From Squalus acanthias (Eukaryota), in NCBI GenBank assembly GCA_030390025.1, contig CM059432.1, positions 151,840,001 through 151,904,000 on the forward strand: DNA of 64,000 nucleotides, in the 5' to 3' direction. Positions 50,884-61,743 of the stretch are shown piece by piece (position 1 is the first letter of the stretch; every line of letters starts with the position of its first letter). Under the pieces are notes generated by a model. The model was not told where the DNA came from and made no database searches. It saw only the letters and a list, made by a program, of their open reading frames with translations. Position numbers and translations under genes: made by a program.

Positions 50884-51652
50884 GGTCCAGAATTTACTGT
50901 GAGAGGCAATGCTGTTCGTTAGACTTGCCCTTGCCCATATACTTTCCAAGAGCTTTTGCGCTGGAAGTTACTGCAAGTTAGAGAGCCAAACAGCGCAGCG
51001 CCCTCTACAGGGGATCTGGGACCCGTGTGAACAGGGCAAGCAACTGCGTATCTCTTTAACCAATCAAATTGAAGAATCGTTCATGAGCAGTGCAGAGTCT
51101 GAACCAGGAAGTGTAAGTTAGAAAAATAAATTCAGTGTCAAATCAGGTACAGAAACCAAAATAAAGAGAGGAAAAGAAAGATAGGATTAAGAGAGAGAGA
51201 GAAAAAAAGACAAAGAAAACGTTTTTTAAAAAGTATTTAAATTATTTTTTTAAATCTCCAACAATTAAAAGCTGAAGGAATGAAAGTTCACACTTGTAAA
51301 AGTTAATTTTCAGTGCCAGAGAAGTTGTTTGGCAGTAATTAAGACTTATCACATTGTTAAAAGGGTGCTTAGACTGAAATGGACAAGCCCTAACTTTTTG
51401 TGGTGCGTTTAGTCTATATCTACCAAGTAAGTCCAGGAACTTCACGCCGATCAATGTATTTGAATGGTGAGTCAGATGGCGAGATGCCATTTTCGCGATG
51501 TTGATGGAGGGGCAGTGCATCTTGGACAGCAACATCCGGATTTTTGCGTTTAAATGTGCATGTGCGCTCGCCGGAAGTTGCTGTCCGATTTACACATAAA
51601 TAACAGGGAGCACTGTTGGGCTCACTGTTATTTTCACAGTAAATTCTGGGCT
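50884..51652. mobile_element. MITE, probably PIF/Harbinger-type (about 770 bp)
   Basis: TIRs ggtccagaatttactgtga / tcacagtaaattctgggct (17/19) and an AT-rich core like the 9921 MITE. The TSD is not preserved. Confidence 0.7.
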
Positions 51653-52861
51653 AATCTGTTGTCGTTTTAAGGTTCATCTTTGAGATCATTCTTTTATAGT
51701 TCCATCCTTTCAGTACTTTTTCATTATCATTGAAATATTTAGTGTGATTCCCTTTTCTTGCACTGACCTTCAGCTGTTGAGTTTCATTGAGCGTGGAATA
51801 TTGGACCTTTTGGGCTGGAAGAGATTTAATCATTTTTATTGCATTATAGCATGTCTTGTGAAACTTGAATGTTTTATTGATAAGATTTATAGAAACCTTA
51901 CACCCTGGTACTTAATAATTCAATGAATATTTGAGCAAAACAGAGTAGTACTGTTAAAGTAGATAGGTTACCTTGTGGTTAGATAGCCTGCAGCAGGTTC
52001 AGTGACTGGTAGAGGCACTGGAAAGAAAACTAGGTTTCTGGGTTCATGTCTGTTCTGTGCAGATTGCAGAAGCTGCAGCAATATTACAAGGTAGTACAAT
52101 ATTTGTACATTGATTAATTTGGCCTCACACAAAACTGAAAAGAAACTGTTCATACAATGTAATTTAATAGATGAAGTTTTACAAGCAGAGCTTTTTTTAG
52201 TTAACACTTGAATATGCTGATAGATCTTTGAGTGATAAGATTATATTTTTACTGGTAAGATTATACTTCTCAACAATGCACAAATCAGATTCATTTTTAC
52301 CTGGATGTCCATTTTATAATGTTCATGAAGCATTGACCAAACTAGTTCCAGATCTGTGTATGAAGAGGATTTGGAAATTAATTGAAACTTCATAATTACC
52401 ATAAATGGCTGTCCGAACTCAGATTTTCCAGGTTTTTTGAGGTCTGTAAAAATATAGATACATTTGGGTGCGTCTCGAGGATCTTTTGCCAATCATCAGC
52501 GAGACACTTGGTCAGTTTTTTGCGCAAATGGGTATTATTCCTTGGGTTATTGGGCTTATTGTTTAAGGCTTTGTCTTCTGAGTTTACACAGATTATTTAG
52601 AGTTGTGATTTTTCTTAATGTTACATATATATTTTAGCATTGCATCTAATAAACAGTTTCAACCTTAAGTATTGAGGTATGACAATTTTAAAGGAGATTG
52701 AATGCTTTATAAAATCAGAGAATGAAGCATGGGACCCAAAAGCAGATCAAAATAATTCCTTTGTAGGAAAGAGGAAGGTCAACTAAATTTTGGTTTTCTG
52801 TCCTACTTTAATCACTGTGCATATAGCTTTACAGAATCTTAAATTAAATCTTAAATCCGAC

Positions 52862-53748
52862 AGAAGTAGGGATGTTCGCTGATGATTGCACAGTGTTCAG
52901 TTCCATTCGCAGCTCCTCCGATAATGACGCAGTCTGTGCCCGCATGCAGCAAGACCTGGACAACATTCAGGCTTCGGCTGATAAGCGGCAAGTAACATTC
53001 GCGCCACACAAATGCCAGGCAATGACCATCTCCAAAAGGAGAAAGATTAACCACCTCCCCTTGACATTCAGTGGCATTACCACCGTCGAATCCCCCACCG
53101 ACAACATCCTGGGGGTCACTATTGACCAGAACCTTAACTGGACCAGCCACATAAATACCGTGGCTATGAGAGCAGGTCAGAGGCGGGGTATTCTGCGGTG
53201 AGTGACTCACCTCCTGACTCCCCAAAACCTTTCCACCATCTACAAGGCACAAGTCAGGAGTGTGATGGAATACTCTCTACTTGTCTGGATGAGTGCAGCT
53301 CCAACAACACTCAAGAAGCTCGACACTATCCAGGACAAAGCAGTCCGCTTGATTGGCACCCCATCCACCACCTTAAACATTCACTCCCTCCACCACCGGC
53401 GCACCGTGGCTGCAGTGTGTTCCATCTACAAGATGCACTACAGCAACTGGCCAAAGCTTTTTCGACAGCACCTCCCAAACCCGCGACCTCTACCACCTTG
53501 GAGGACAAGGAAAGCAGGCGCATGGGAACACCACCATCTCGTTTCCCCTCCAAGTCACACACCATCCTGACTTGGAAGTATATCGTCATTCTTTCATTGT
53601 CGCTGGGTCAACATCCTGGAACTCCCTACCTAACAGCACTGTGGGAGTACCTTCAGCACACGGACTGCAGCGGTTCAAGAAAGCGGCTCACCACCACCTT
53701 CTCGAGGGCAATTAGGGATGGGCAATAAATGCTGGCCTTGCCGTGAAT
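52862..53748 (+). mobile_element. Second-lineage CR1/L2-group LINE 3' end
   Basis: MFADDCTVF..QQDLDNIQ..LSTIYKAQVRSVMEYS..HHRRTVAA. Inverted homolog of 23288-23985. Confidence 0.9.
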
Positions 53749-54762
53749 TAATTAAAAAAAAATCTTCTTTGTTGTTTTGGTGTGAATGAATATGGCAGTG
53801 GTCAACCTGGTAAGATGGGCTTCATTCTTCAAACTGAAAGCATCCTCTGTGCACTACCGAATCCACGGGGAATTCATTTTTATTCCTTGAAAATTGTTTT
53901 TACCATTTTTGATCCACTTTAGAAAGTGTTTCTTTGGTTCTCCTGATAAGTGCAGCTGGCATAACCTCTGACTGATATCTCAGCTCAGCCTCGAGCTCAA
54001 ATCTTAGAGGAACATAGCTTCCACAATTGTCCCCATTGACGGCCTGAACTTAACCTGGTAATATGTTGGTAATGATTTTCAATTCAGAAAAATAAAGAAA
54101 ACCTTCTAACAAGAACAGAAATTGTGGAGGTAATAGAGCCTTCAGCCGAGAACATAACACACAGATATTCATAAAATACATTAAGACATAAAATCTTGTC
54201 TTATGAGTGGGATAATCATGGTTGGTAGTAGTTAGGCATTAACTATTTTATTTAATGCACTCTTTATTACAGTAATAACCCAAGCACAGATTTAGGTAAA
54301 ACATTTCGGCTGTTAGATTGTAAGATGTGTTTTAATGCAGTGACACCAGCTAAAAACAGCTCACTGACAACAAGTTATTGGTTGTAATTATTTGTGTTTA
54401 AAAGGTACTCTGAATTTTAGTAAAAATACAAACCATGTAAGTACCAATATTCAAAGCAATGCATCATGATAGTGCTGCAGAAGATGGTGCAATTTAATAT
54501 TATGACAACGGTGTTGCACCCAAGAGCTTTGGGAGAAGGGAGATGTAATTCCAGTTGTGGTAATTCTTGGCTTTCAAGATGACATGAAGCTATAATTGCA
54601 TGTAATCTCTTTATTTATTTTTAGAACAAGTGCTAGCAACATTTTGACCTCCTGTGCTATTTTTATCCAAGTGGCGAAAGCTTTGCATTCAAATTAATAT
54701 TTGCCTGTAATGCAGGGCTTGCCATGGTAATAGACAGGGTTTGTGTCATCCTATACTTACAG

Positions 54763-54825
54763 CCTCCAGACATCACTCCAGATCAACTGGTGCTCTCTAC
54801 ACCGCAGACACATACTCAGCTTCAG
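54763..54825 (+). CDS. CLASP2: CLASP2 coding exon (63 nt): ASRHHSRSTGALYTADTYSAS
   Basis: Acceptor ctatacttacag| and donor |gtgaaa. ASRHHSRSTGALY is specific to CLASP2 rather than CLASP1, as recalled. Phase 1-1. Confidence 0.92.
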
Positions 54826-55194
54826 GTGAAAAATGGGGTAACAGCATGCCAACATTGTCTGTGCAAACTTTTCAATTTGACCTTTTTTTTGGTTGGCATG
54901 TTCCTAAATCTGTATCCACAAAGAACATTTTTGTCATCCTTATTTTCTCACCAAACTGGTAATTCTATTTTTGAAGATCTCACTTTGGTTGCAGTGTTAT
55001 TTAAGTGTACACATTGCTGCAGAGATTCTTGTATGTTTAAAAAAAAGGAGAAATTTAACAAATCTAACTTTCTTTCAAGTATGATCTGTCTATCTCTCTG
55101 TCTATTTCTTTATCTCATCTATTTCTTCGTCTCGTGTCTATCCCTTCATCTCGTATCTCTCTCTCTTTATCTCTTTCTTTACACAGCCTTGCAC

Positions 55195-55500
55195 TTAGAA
55201 TCATAGAAATTACAGCACAGAGGGAGGTCATTCTAGCCCAACACACTTATCAACTAAAGCTATCACCTGTAATTCAAATTTCCCAGAACTTTTGTTCTTA
55301 TCCAATTCTTTTTAAATGGTGTTGCAGTTTCTTCTGCCTCAATCACCGTGTGTTGTAAAATATTCCATTCTAATAACCGACTATGTGAAAACATCTCTTC
55401 TAACTTCCCCCTTTGTTCTTTTAATAGTCTTCAGTTTATGCCCCTTATTATGAATCCATCTGATGGAAACAATCTTTCACTATTTACCCTTTCAAAACCA
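55195..55500 (-). mobile_element. Old CR1 3' remnant
   Basis: tagaatcatagaaattacagcacag tail followed by degenerate CR1 3' ORF2 sequence. Confidence 0.6.
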
Positions 55501-56154
55501 ATGTCTTGTACATATTCAACATCACTCACTTGCTTTAATAGTCACTGCCCTGTGTGTATAAAACCCAAAGTCCCATTGCCTTTTAATGGCCTTTTCTGTG
55601 TGCACTTCTACCTGTCAAGATCTATGTACCTGTACTCTAGGACTCTGTTCCTCTAATAGAGTACACACACTGGGCAGAGATGGCAGTCACCCCACATTTA
55701 TTGAAAATAATTGTAATGGAACTAAAATCTGAGAAAACAAAAGATAAAAATGTAGCTTTTGCAGAGGTTACTGATGGGGTTTTGCTATTCACCCTTTTTG
55801 TTTGTACCAGTGAACTAATAGATTTAATGAGCAGCATCACAGCACATTTTTCTGTATCCCCATGCACAGCATTTTTTTAAGAACTCTGCAGTATAAATAT
55901 CATTTAATATAACACTATCCTGTGTAAACTGATAGGATAGGCAGAAACCTTTTAAGTTTTTTCCGTTTGATATCTTGACTTACAGCATTTATTTATATCA
56001 TAAGCCATTATGCATGTTTGAACCTTTTTTTCCAGTGATCCTAACTGGTACCCCATTTCAAATTTTCATTCCTTAAAGATTCTTCAGAAATGTGATATTT
56101 ATTTCATTGATAAGTGCTTAAAGTTGGTTTTGTTTCTTGCTGATAAAATAGCAG

Positions 56155-56264
56155 GGTCCGATCGCTATGGGTTTAATCAGTCCAGTAGATTGTCTGCATC
56201 AGTGAGTGCCATGCGAGTTCTCAACACAGGATCTGATGTAGAGGAAGCTGTTGCCGATGCTTTG
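56155..56264 (+). CDS. CLASP2: CLASP2 coding exon (110 nt; 113 nt from the upstream TAG): GSDRYGFNQSSRLSASVSAMRVLNTGSDVEEAVADAL
   Basis: Tandem acceptor tagcag| and donor |gtacgt. SSRLSxSVSAMRVLNTGSDVEEAVADAL is CLASP2-type. Phase 1->0. Confidence 0.95.
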
Positions 56265-57405
56265 GTACGTACTGCTAAGTTATATGGTCATGTATTTGCG
56301 ATTAATCATTTGAATTTTGATGAGTGTCTTTCTCTTAAAAGCCTATTGTTGTGATGCAAAATGTTATCTGTCATTATTTATTCTCCACATACTACAGAAT
56401 AGCTCAATTATTGTATTGAGGAAATCACAGAAACAGTATTCTTTGCAGAGCTTCTAACATCAGTCTTGTGAGTTGCCCAATCCTGCCTGTGCTATGTATT
56501 AGCTTCAATCCATGATTGCTCCCTCGGTTCTTTTCTCCCATCAGCAGCAGCTTGCGAGGTATAAGCTTCACTCCATAAATGGTTACTCCCTTTGCTCCTC
56601 ATCTGCAGAGCTGTTACCAGATGCTTATCATAGCAAACTGGAAAAAATTAACTGCCCAGTATATTAACTGTTTTCTGTGTCGATTCCTCCAGTATTAGTT
56701 TTTTTTGTGACTGTTGACTTCCAGCTTTGTTTCTGCAAGATTGTTATTTGAAGTATTTAGTTACAGTACATCTTTTAACAGCTGTTAGTATAGCAGATAC
56801 TCTGTCCTCTGAGGAATATTGTATGGTCTGCCACAGAGACATGCTGACTTGCTGCCACTGTTATCTGTGGTCTCTCAACGAAAGCTTTGACATTTGTCCC
56901 CCAGAAGTGCATGTTGCTGCTTCCAGTTTTTCAAATAGGGTTTGGTGTGGGTGGTTAAAGCAGTGTTAGCAGATATCAATAATTAAGAAGGAAATGTCAA
57001 GTCACACACCTGCACAACTGAAAAGGAACCCAGGAAAGATTCTGATATAAAAATGAAAATATGAGAACTCGTTTGAATGAGTTGGATCTGCAGATTGGTA
57101 GGAAAACAAATCAACGGGGCCCAGAACCGTGACCAACACTCTATTTGTTGGCATCATGTTCCGCCAGTGCTGGAGCCCAAGAATTGTCCTGGTGCTCCTG
57201 CTGGTAGATGGTCAGATGTAGACCACAAACTATAGTATCAGTGTATCATGGATGCCCTTGATGCAGTGGTATATGATATGGTGATCAGAGTATCTTGCTT
57301 CAGAGTAATGCCTAAATTAGGTCTTTCTGGCTCAGTTGCTATCACATCAACTCAGAAGGTTGGGATTCAACCCCCAGCAGCACACAACTCCTGGCTGATC
57401 CTCAC

Positions 57406-57838
57406 GTGTCAGTCGTGGCTCAGTTGCTCTGAGTCAAAGGGTTGTGGGTTCAAGTACTCTTTGCTCTGAGTCAGAAGGTTGTGGGTTCAAGTCCCACTCC
57501 AGAGACTTGACACAAAAATCTAGGCTGACACTCCAGTGCAGTACTGAGTGAGTGCTGCACTGTCAGAAATGGCACTACAGTTTTTCGAAGAAGAGCAGTG
57601 GAGCTATCCCCGGTGTTCTGGTCAATATTTATCCCTCAATCAACATCACAAAAACAGATTATTTGGTCATTATCACATTGCTGTTTGTGGGACCTTGCTG
57701 TGTGCAAATTGGCTGCCACATTTCCTACATTACAACAGTAACTACACTTCAAAAGTACTTCAATGGCTATAAAGCACTTTGGGACGTCCTGAGGTCACGA
57801 AAGACGCTATATAAATGCAAGTCTTTCTTTTTTCTTTC
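57406..57838 (+). mobile_element. DeuSINE-like SINE with a duplicated B-box segment and an internal deletion
   Basis: Reverse-complement homolog of 16905-17372. ttgctctgagtca..ggttgtgggttcaagt occurs twice (about 57424-57455 and 57461-57492). Tail aaatgcaagtctttcttt. Confidence 0.82.
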
Positions 57839-58564
57839 AGTGCAGTACTTGAAGGTGTGTTGAATTGTTAGAGGTGCCATCATTCATCTCTTATGTCCTG
57901 ATGAACAAAATTCCCTCAGCCATATCCATCAAACAAATGATCAACTGGTCATTTGTCTCATTGCTGTTTGAGGGATTTTGCTGTGTGCAAAGCAGTGACC
58001 ACATTTGACTACATAACAACAGTCATTGCATTTGAAAGTAATGAATTGTATGTGAAACACCTTGAAGTGTTTCTGATGAAGTGGTAAGGTGTTATATAAA
58101 TACAAGTTCCTTATTTTCTTGGATTTGTTTTCTGGTGTCCACCAGACTCTTAAGCAGAACATTTTTTAAAAAGATCTCCTTTTCCTGTCTTTCTTGAAGG
58201 ATTGAGTCCTTGTTGGGATATAGTTCCAGGGACAGATCACCCTCCAGTACTTCGTCCTAGTGGCTATTCATGTTTGAACCTCAACATTGGATGCATTGCA
58301 GCCAAGCTTGAACCTGTCCTCACCGGTTCTCCATCTGCACAATAAGACTTCTAGGAAGGGTCACAAGATAATTGCCATGAGCAAGGATTTTTGGTTATTA
58401 CTTTCCCCTTCCTAACCCAGGATTTCTGTGGCCAATTTTGTAGCTTTCTTGCAGCCTTGGCTGATAGCTAACACAGCAAAGATCTGGCGATTAACATGTG
58501 TATAGCTCAGTTACTGATCAGCTAATCTCTTATCCATTGGGAGAGCAGCTAAACAAAGCTTTAT

Positions 58565-61500
58565 CATAGAATCATAGAAATTTACAGCACAGAAGGAGGC
58601 CATTTCGGCCCATCGTGTCCGCCCCGGCCGACAAAGAGCTATCCAGCCTAATCCCACTTTCCAGCTCTTGGTCCGTAGCCCTGTAGGTTACGGCACTTCA
58701 AGTGTACATCCAAGCACTTTTTAAATGTGGTGAGGGTTTCTGCCTCTACCACCCTTTCAGTCAGTGAGTTCCAGACCCCCACCACCCTCTGGTGAAGACA
58801 TTTCCCATCAAATCTCCTCTAAACCTCCTACCAATTACTTTAAATCTGGTTGTTAACCCCTCTGCTAAGGGAAATAGGTCCTTCCTATCCACTCTATCTA
58901 GGCCCTTCATAATTTTATACACCTCAATAAGGTCTCCCCTCAGTCTCCCCTGTTCCAAAGAAAATAAACCCAGCCTATCCAATCTTTCCTCATAGCTAAA
59001 ATTATCCAGTCCAGGCAACATCCTTGTAAATCATCTCTGCACCCTCTCTAGTGCAATCACATCTTTCCTGTAATGTGGTGACCAGAACTGCACGCAGTAC
59101 TCTAGCTGTGGCCTAACTAGTGTTTTATACAGTTTAAGCTATTGTATTCTATGCCTCTTAACCACCTTATCTACCTGGCCTGCTACCTTCAGGGATCTGT
59201 GAACCTGCACTCCAAGGTCCCTTTGTTCCTCTACACTACTCAGTGTCCTACTATTTATAGTGTATTCCCATGCCTTGTTAGCCCTCCCCAAATGCATTAC
59301 CTCACACTTTTCCGGATTGAATTCCATTTGCCACTGTTCTGCCCACCTGACCAGTTCATTGATATCTTCCTGCAGTCTACAGCATTCTTCTTCATTATCA
59401 ACCACACAGCCGATTTTAGTATCATCTGCAAACTTCTTTATCATACCCCCTACATTCAAGTCGAAATCATTGATATATACCACAAAAAGCAAGGGACCCA
59501 GTACTGAGCCCTGCGGAACCCCACTGGAAACAGCCTTCCAGTCACAAAAACACCCATCAACCATTATTCCCCTTTGCTTCCTGCCTCTGAGCCAATTATG
59601 GATCCAACCTGCCATTTTGCCCCGGATTCCATGGGCCTTTACTTTCGTGACCAGTCTGCCATGTGGGACCTTATCAAAAGCCTTGCTAAAATACATATAC
59701 ACTACATCAAACGCACTACCCTCATCGACCCTCCTTGTTACCTCCTCAAAAAATTCAATTAAGTTAGTCAGACACGACCTTCCCTTAACAAATCCGTGCT
59801 GACTGTCCTTGATTAATCCGTGTCTTTCTAAATGAAGATTTATCCTGTCCCTCAGAATTTTTTCCAATAATTTTCCCACCACTGGTAAGGCTGACTGGCC
59901 TGTAATTACTCAGTCTATCCCTTTCTCCCTTTTTAAACAAAGGTACAACGTTAGCAGTCCTCCAGTCCTCCGGCACCGCACCTGGTAGCCAGAGAGGATT
60001 GGAAAATGATGGTCAGAGCCTCTGCTATTTCCTCTTTTGCTTCTCTTAACAGCCTGGGATACATTTCATCCAGGCCTGGAGATTTATCCACTTTCAAAGC
60101 TGCTAAACCCCTTAATACTTCCTCTCTCACTATGTTTATTTCATCTAATATTTCACACTCCTCCTCCCTGATTGCAATGTCTGCATCGCCCCTCTCTTTT
60201 GTGAAAACAGACGCAAAGTATTCATTAAGAACCATATCCACATCTTCCGCCTCCACACACAGATTACCTTTATGGTCTCTAATAGGCCCTACTCTTTCTT
60301 TAGTTATCCTCTTGCTATTAATGTATTTATAAAACATCTTTGGGTTTTCCTTGATTTTACTTGCCAAAATGTTTTCATGCTCTCTCTTTGCTTTCTTAAT
60401 TTTCTTTTTAATTTCACCCCTGCACTTTCTATACTCCTCTAGAGTTTCTACAGTATTGAGCCCTCGGTATCTGTCATAAGCCTCCCTTTTTTTCTTTATC
60501 CCACCCTGTATGTCCCTTGATATCCAGGGGGCTCTAGATTTGTTAGTCCCACTCTTTTTCTTTAAGGGAACATACTTGCTCTGAACCCTCCGGATCTCCT
60601 CCTTGAATGCCTCCCACTGCTCTGCTACTGATTTACCTTCAAGTAGCTGTTTCCAGTCCACTTTGGCTAAATCCCATCTCAGTTTAGCAAAATTGGCTTT
60701 TCCCCAATTGAGAACTTTTATTCCTGGTCTATCTTTGTCCTTTTCCATAACTACCTTAATTCTAACTGAATTATGATCACTAGCACCAAAATGCTCTCCC
60801 ACTGATGCCCCTTCCACCTGCCCAGCTTCATTCCCTAAAAGTAAGTCCAGAACCACTCCCTCCCTTGTTGGGCTTGTTACATACTGGCTAAAAAAGTTCT
60901 CCTGAATGCATTTTAGGAATTCTGCACCCTCTATACCATTCACACTAATTTTATCCCAGTTAATATTAGGGTCGTTGAATTCCCCTACTATTACTGTCCT
61001 ATAGTTTTTGCACTTCTCAGAAATTTGCCTACATACTTGCTCTTCTATCTCCCTCTGACTGTTTGGGGGTCTATAGTACACTCCTAGCAATGTGATCGCC
61101 CCTTTTTTGTTCTTCAATTCAACCCATATTGCCTCATTTGATGATTCTTCTCTCATATCATTCCTCCTCACAGCTGTAATTGTTTCTTTAATCAATACTG
61201 CGACCACCCCTCCTTTTTTGCCCCCCTCTCTATCCCGTCTGAAAACCCTGTAACCAGGAATGTTGAGCTGCCATACCTGCCCTTCTTTCAGCCATGTCTC
61301 AGTAATAGCTATAATATCATACTCCCAAGTGTCTATCTGTGCCCTCAGCTCATCTGCCTTATTTCCTATACTCCTTGCATAGAAGTATATCCCATTAAGC
61401 ACTGCCAAACTTCCTTGTTTTCTATTTTCTAGCCCTTGTTTCCTCTGTCTTCCAAATTCACTTTCTACTTTTTTGCTTTCCAATTTCAGCTTTGCTTCTC

Positions 61501-61743
61501 TCCCATCTGAATCTATTCTCAGGTTCCCATCCCCCTGCCAAGCTAGTTTAAACCCTCCCCAACAGCACTAGCAAACCCCCCCCGCTCCCCGCGAGGATAT
61601 TGGTCCCGGCTCTGTTGAGGTGCAACCCGTCTGGCTTGTACAGGTCCCACCTCCCCCAGAAACGGTCCCAATGCCTTAGGAATCTAAAGCCCTCCCACCT
61701 GCACCATCTCTCCAGCCACGCATTCATCTGCTCTATCCTCCTA
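58565..61743 (-). mobile_element. CR1 LINE: end of ORF1 plus nearly complete, lightly disrupted ORF2
   Basis: 510-aa ORF 59951-61483 (APE: ITETWL, YRPP, GEFN, SDH; linker; DKSPG). RT in 59139-59882 (QHGF, GVPQGSVLGP, FADD). 3' tail at 58565. Confidence 0.95.

Noticed and set aside
56545..56558. cagcagcag acceptor with a nearby gtataa donor
   Set aside because: Lengths of 14, 11 or 8 nt do not preserve frame, the donor is weak and there is no CLASP similarity.
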